Positions 59,604 through 64,000 of a stretch of 64,000 bases of DNA are shown piece by piece; position 1 is the first letter of the stretch, and the number at the start of each line of letters is the position of its first letter. A program made the translations under genes and the position numbers. Below the pieces are notes generated by a model, which did not search any database, had not been told where the DNA came from, and saw nothing but the letters and a program-made list of their open reading frames with translations. Source of the DNA: an uncultured Nitrospiraceae bacterium (lineage in GTDB: Bacteria > Nitrospirota > Thermodesulfovibrionia > Thermodesulfovibrionales > SM23-35); contig CAVSHB010000004.1 in the NCBI GenBank assembly GCA_963727775.1, positions 128,001 through 192,000 on the forward strand. Reading direction: 5' to 3'.

Positions 59604-60237
59604 GATAACTATATTTGATAAATATGCCGAAGAATATGATAGATGGTTTGATACGAATTCATTGGTGTATCAATCAGAAGTGCGGGCAGTGAGAATGCTG
59701 CTGCCTCAAAATGGCCAGGGGGTTGAAATAGGAGCTGGTACAGGAAGGTTTTCAGTTCCATTGGGAATAACACTCGGCGTTGAACCTTCAAGAGCAATGG
59801 CCGAAATTGCAAGAAGCAGAGGAATGACGGTATATGATTCAAAAGCAGAGAATCTACCATTTGATGATAATACATTTGATTTTGTATTAATGGTCACAAC
59901 AATCTGCTTTCTTGAAGATCCGTTGCAAGCAATAAAGGAAATCAGAAGGATTCTTTGTCCTTCGGGAAAGCTCATCATCGGTATGCTTGACAAAGATAGT
60001 CCTCCTGGAAAGGAGTCTCTCTCTAAAAAGAAGAACAGCAAGTTTTATCAGTATGCCAATTTTTATTCGGTCAACCGTGTCTTGAACTGGCTTAAGATAT
60101 CAGGATACAATCATATTCATGTTCTCCAAACAATCTTTAAGAAACCGGAAGAAATAATTGTCTTAGAGCCGATAAGAGAGGGATATGGAGAGGGATTGTT
60201 TGTTGTAATTTCTGCTCAAAAAGGAAAGACAATTTGA
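59593..60237 (+). CDS. Class I SAM-dependent methyltransferase
   Basis: FDKYAEEYDRWF, EIGAGTG, AENLPF...FD, TICF. Confidence 0.88.
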   Translation: MMDKITIFDKYAEEYDRWFDTNSLVYQSEVRAVRMLLPQNGQGVEIGAGTGRFSVPLGITLGVEPSRAMAEIARSRGMTVYDSKAENLPFDDNTFDFVLMVTTICFLEDPLQAIKEIRRILCPSGKLIIGMLDKDSPPGKESLSKKKNSKFYQYANFYSVNRVLNWLKISGYNHIHVLQTIFKKPEEIIVLEPIREGYGEGLFVVISAQKGKTI

Positions 60238-60331
60238 AAAGGTTAGTTCAGTTGGTAAGGTACCGTCATCGCTTAATCGTCAGATGGCCTACCCGTCATC
60301 GAAGAAATCAATTAATATCTCGAAGAACTTT

Positions 60332-61381
60332 CTACAAAATCCTGATACAGGGAGTTGGATTTGATATCGCGTTCCCAATTATTGAGGCAGTTTCCATCCC
60401 TGCAGTTTTCAATTCATTAACTAATTGGTCCGCCTGGGATTCAGGAACCGACAGGAGAAGACCCCCCGATGTCTGTGGATCAAAGAGTAATTCCGCCTCT
60501 TTCTCTGACAACTTTGTAATTATTTCCAGACGTCCTTCTGATAATTTCCTGTTTGCCTTATTGCTGCCGGTGGTTTCACCTTTACGATACATCTCAAGAG
60601 AATGAGGATAAAACGGCAGTTCATTATAGAAAAGATCTATTTGTACTCCACTTCCCGTTGCCATCTCCAATGAATGTCCAACAATGCCGAACCCCGTTAT
60701 ATCGGTACATGCATGGATGTCGAAACTCAGTGCTGTATCAAGAGCCTTTTTATTAAGGGCTGCTACGCGAGGCAGGATAACTTCCAGTTCTTTGAAGGAT
60801 AGTTTCCCCGATCTACACGCATTAAACAATACACCGGTGCCCAAAGGTTTTGTGAGGACCAAGACATCCCCTTCCTGAACTGCGCAGTTTGTCAGTATTT
60901 TATCGGGATGAACGACTCCCGTAACCGCAAGGCCGTACTTGGGCTCATTGTCATCTACAGAATGTCCGCCGGCCATAGAAGCACCGGCTTCGTTGACTTT
61001 GTCATTCCCGCCACGGAGTATTTCTTTCAAAACACTCTTGTCAAGTTTCTTGGGGGGAAACATGACGAGGTTCAAGGCAGTGAGAGGTTTGCCCCCCATG
61101 GCATAGATGTCCGAGAGAGAATTCGCTGCAGCGATTTGTCCAAACCAATACGGATCATCCACCGGCGGTGTAATAAAATCGACGGTACTGATAAAGGCCA
61201 TCTCGTCTGATAGGCGGTACACTGCCGCATCGTCACAAGTATTGAACCCGACAAGCAGGTTCGGATCGTTAGAAGCGCTTAGTGCCTTGAGTGCTTCCGC
61301 CAGATCTGACGGACCTATTTTAGCTGCTCAGCCGCATGTCCGGGAGAGTCCTGTAAGAGTTCTTTTCTTGAAGAGACGCAT
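60332..61381 (-). CDS. selD: Selenide, water dikinase, selenocysteine-containing (349 aa, Sec18)
   Basis: ATG 61381; CG-TGA(61330-61328)-AAK; DDAAVY, DFITP, NSLSDIYAMGG, GGHS, TDITGFG, DPQTSGGLL; SECIS-like hairpin 61296-61313. Confidence 0.93.
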
Positions 61382-61650
61382 TTTCTTTTTTTACTTTGGG
61401 CTTTCAGTCGCTTTGATGTCCAATATTTCTTTTCTATCGATGCCCTATGATATATAGAAAATATCTATTTATAGCATTGCATTCAAGAAAAGGATATATT
61501 GCCAGTTGGGCAGCCAATATTGACTGCAATGGAAGGTCTTAAGCTACAATCACACAATTTCGAGAATTTCTGAAGGTACACCGCACCTCTCAAAGCATGT
61601 CCGATGTGCAAACTTGATGAGGGATTCGATATATTTTCAGCGCCCCAAAT

Positions 61651-63705
61651 TTATGCCGAAACTGCCTTTTCCGTCTCTTTTAGCCACAAAATCCTTGACC
61701 CGTTGATTACTGAGGCATTGACGGATTCAATCAATTCGTTGGGAGATATGTGAAACTTCTCTTTTTCAACAAACGGGCTGAATGACAATTTTGTCTTTGC
61801 CTTTGCCGCCTTATTGATTTCAGATTCCGTAGGTCTTTTTATAACAGCTCCCATGGCCTTTGCCAATGCGATGAAAATATCCCTGTGGCTCTTTGATTCT
61901 CCCTGAGGTTCAATAACTTTCGGAAGATATTTCAGCCTTCCGGCATAATCTATTATCGTGCCGGCGGACTCAAGGAAGGTTGCCGAAGGCAGGACAACAT
62001 CCGCCTGTTTTGCGAGCTCTGTAAGATGTGAATTCTGCACTATCAGAAATTCAACTCCAGCCGGTCTTTTCTTTAACGGAACCTCACCAACGGCATACAG
62101 AAGCTTTACAGCGCCCGGTACGCTTTGCCCTTTACTCAAGGCAGAGCCGGTCATCTCCAGATAAGTTTTCCCTTCCGTTGTCAGCCCCATTAAGGAAACA
62201 CCCCTCGCATTGCTTTCAAGCCCGACGGATATTACTTTCCCCTTAATTAATGCTATATTGGCTGACGCGTCAAACAATGAAGGAGAAGTGAAAAAGAGCG
62301 CTTCTTTGGCGCCGGCAATGATGGTAGCTGCCTTTTCGCTTTCTTCAGCGATCTCGACGTCTTTTACGGCAGCGGCAATTTTACTTTCAGCCTTAAGCCC
62401 TTTTGATATCAAAGCCTTGGCAATTTGTTTAAGAATCGATATCTCATCACCTTTAAGATTTAAAGCTGCAACATCCGCAATCTTTGTATCAGCAATGTTT
62501 ATGACAATAAGCTTGGCCCCCCTGTTCACCCTTCTTCTTATAGCGGCGTCGAGGGCTGGCAAGACCCTCTCCCACTGTGACGGATTCAGATCAACAAGGA
62601 CAAACAGGTCGGCCTTATCGATCTCCGCTTTCTGAGAGTTCTTTAATGAATGCGCGTCTGAATAGAGGCTCGCGGTCGTATCATAATTTTCCGTTTTTAC
62701 AATATCCCTTGCAAGCTTTTTCAGAGCCAATGCATCCTCATTCTCTATTCCCGCGACACTTATAAAACCTGCGTTCTTGCCGGCCTGCTTAAGCCTATCG
62801 GCAATTATGCCGAGCGCGTCTTCCCAGGTCGTTTCTTTGAGTCCGCCGTCTGTTCTTTTCATCGGAGACGTAAGACGCGCCTCCGCCTCAATGCAGTCAA
62901 AACCGAATCTGCCGTAAGCGCAAAGATACTTCTCAGCCGAGCCCGCATCCGCCCCCGAATTGATCTTTTGTATCCTGCCATCTTTTGTGCTCACGGTAAT
63001 GTCACAGCCGTTTCCGCACAAAAGACAGACCGATTTTGTTTTCTCGTACTCCCATTCACGGCCCTTGCGGTACCTGTCCGACTCAAGCAATGCGTTTACA
63101 GGACATGCATCGACGCAGCTCCCGCAGAACGTACATCCGGATTCCTGGAGAGGTTTGTCGTTTGCAGTCAGGACCTTTGATTCAATCCCCCTTCCCATGA
63201 ATTCAAGTACATTCGTGCCCTGTTCCTTGCAGACCCTCACACACCGTCCGCACAGGATGCAGTATTCAGGATCCCTCTTTATAAAAGGGTTCGCCTCATC
63301 GGTCGGGTAACCAAACTGCTTCCTTGTAAAGGTTGATTCCTTAAGCCCGAAATCGTACGCGTATTGCTGGAGGTTGCACATTCCGGCCTTTGTGCATGTC
63401 ATACAGTCAAGCGGGTGCATGGACAGGATAAGGTCTATGACGAACTTTCTGACTTCCTGCAACTTCTCAGTCTTCGTGTTGACGTTCATGCCGTCTTTAA
63501 CTTTCGTATTGCATGCTATTACAGGTGCCTTCAGTCCCTGGATTTCAACAAGGCAAAGTCTGCATGCCCCAACGCCTTTCATGCCTTTGAGATAACAGAG
63601 GTTAGGGATATGAACACCGGCAAGCTCTGCGGCGTCTATAAGATTCGTACCGGCCGGGACCTCAATCTCTTTTCCGTCTATTTTAAGTTCAACCAATTCC
63701 TCCAT
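61651..63705 (-). CDS. NuoG/FdhA-like iron-sulfur oxidoreductase subunit
   Basis: [2Fe-2S] CY...ACRLC...C; HPLDCMTC...C; CILCGRCVRVC; CTFCGSCVDACP; CLLCGNGC; degenerate molybdopterin domain. Confidence 0.85.
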   Translation of the reverse strand: MEELVELKIDGKEIEVPAGTNLIDAAELAGVHIPNLCYLKGMKGVGACRLCLVEIQGLKAPVIACNTKVKDGMNVNTKTEKLQEVRKFVIDLILSMHPLDCMTCTKAGMCNLQQYAYDFGLKESTFTRKQFGYPTDEANPFIKRDPEYCILCGRCVRVCKEQGTNVLEFMGRGIESKVLTANDKPLQESGCTFCGSCVDACPVNALLESDRYRKGREWEYEKTKSVCLLCGNGCDITVSTKDGRIQKINSGADAGSAEKYLCAYGRFGFDCIEAEARLTSPMKRTDGGLKETTWEDALGIIADRLKQAGKNAGFISVAGIENEDALALKKLARDIVKTENYDTTASLYSDAHSLKNSQKAEIDKADLFVLVDLNPSQWERVLPALDAAIRRRVNRGAKLIVINIADTKIADVAALNLKGDEISILKQIAKALISKGLKAESKIAAAVKDVEIAEESEKAATIIAGAKEALFFTSPSLFDASANIALIKGKVISVGLESNARGVSLMGLTTEGKTYLEMTGSALSKGQSVPGAVKLLYAVGEVPLKKRPAGVEFLIVQNSHLTELAKQADVVLPSATFLESAGTIIDYAGRLKYLPKVIEPQGESKSHRDIFIALAKAMGAVIKRPTESEINKAAKAKTKLSFSPFVEKEKFHISPNELIESVNASVINGSRILWLKETEKAVSA

Positions 63706-63730
63706 CCAAAGCCTCCTATATATTCTGAAG

Positions 63731-64000
63731 TTATTCTTTGCCTACCAATTCTTCTTTATGTTTCCTTATGACCTCTATCGCCCCTTCAGGACAGACCTTA
63801 AGGCACTCCCCGCATTTTGTACATCTCCTTTGCCTGATCTCGAAGGGCAAATACCCGGAAAGATAGAGTTGTTTCTTTTCACCTATTATTGCGCCGTATT
63901 TACATACCTCCGAACATTTGCCGCACATTGAGCAGAGTCCGGGGTTGATTGTATATTCTACAAGACTGATACATTCCTTTTTAGAGCATATGCCGGACAA
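63731..64000 (-). CDS. C-terminal 2x[4Fe-4S] end of a NuoF/HydB-like subunit (partial, starts beyond the window)
   Basis: CSMCGKCSEVC and CTKCGECLKVCP; directly upstream of the NuoG-like gene. Confidence 0.7.
   Translation of the reverse strand: MSGICSKKECISLVEYTINPGLCSMCGKCSEVCKYGAIIGEKKQLYLSGYLPFEIRQRRCTKCGECLKVCPEGAIEVIRKHKEELVGKE

Noticed and set aside
61510..61527. Imperfect palindrome GCAGCCAATATTGACTGC upstream of selD
   Set aside because: Single short instance with no U-tract or known consensus; cannot assign a function

Overview
Bacterial chromosomal segment of about 45% GC. Gene content and order suggest an anaerobic Nitrospirota (Thermodesulfovibrionia-like) or Desulfobacterota-like organism; this is inference only. 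The housekeeping backbone comprises thiL, lon, galU, nrdJ, tRNA-Pro, ihfA, acpS, mtgA, argB, surA, UDG, nadK, tsaE, pgeF, nnr, resB/ccsB, htpX, scpA, selD and a NuoF/NuoG-like pair. Main observations: (1) An ArsR-headed operon at 55.7-60.2 kb, convergent on a selenocysteine (Sec)-containing selD, hides two selenoproteins that the ORF track splits at UGA. One is an 83-aa thioredoxin-like protein (UxxxC). The other is a 578-aa exported rhodanese with two in-frame UGAs (FY-U-DGLT-U-VRS) fused to DsbD-beta and thioredoxin domains. The UGAs are followed by SECIS-like hairpins. (2) A nested mobile-element complex at 47.3-52.7 kb: IS21-type ends with a 5-bp target duplication but no istAB enclose a truncated RIT, a 3.25-kb TGT...ACA element with two DDE and two HTH genes, and an IS110 remnant. 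(3) A 2624-aa DUF11-repeat surface protein ending in a PorU-like C25 peptidase, preceded by a sigma54-type promoter. (4) A cerR-spt-bcerS-like sphingolipid operon, an MshEN-PilT fusion, tandem NrdR boxes with a small Cys-rich ORF before nrdJ, a 122-bp MITE-like hairpin and several gene remnants. All family calls come from motif recognition by eye; no searches were run.
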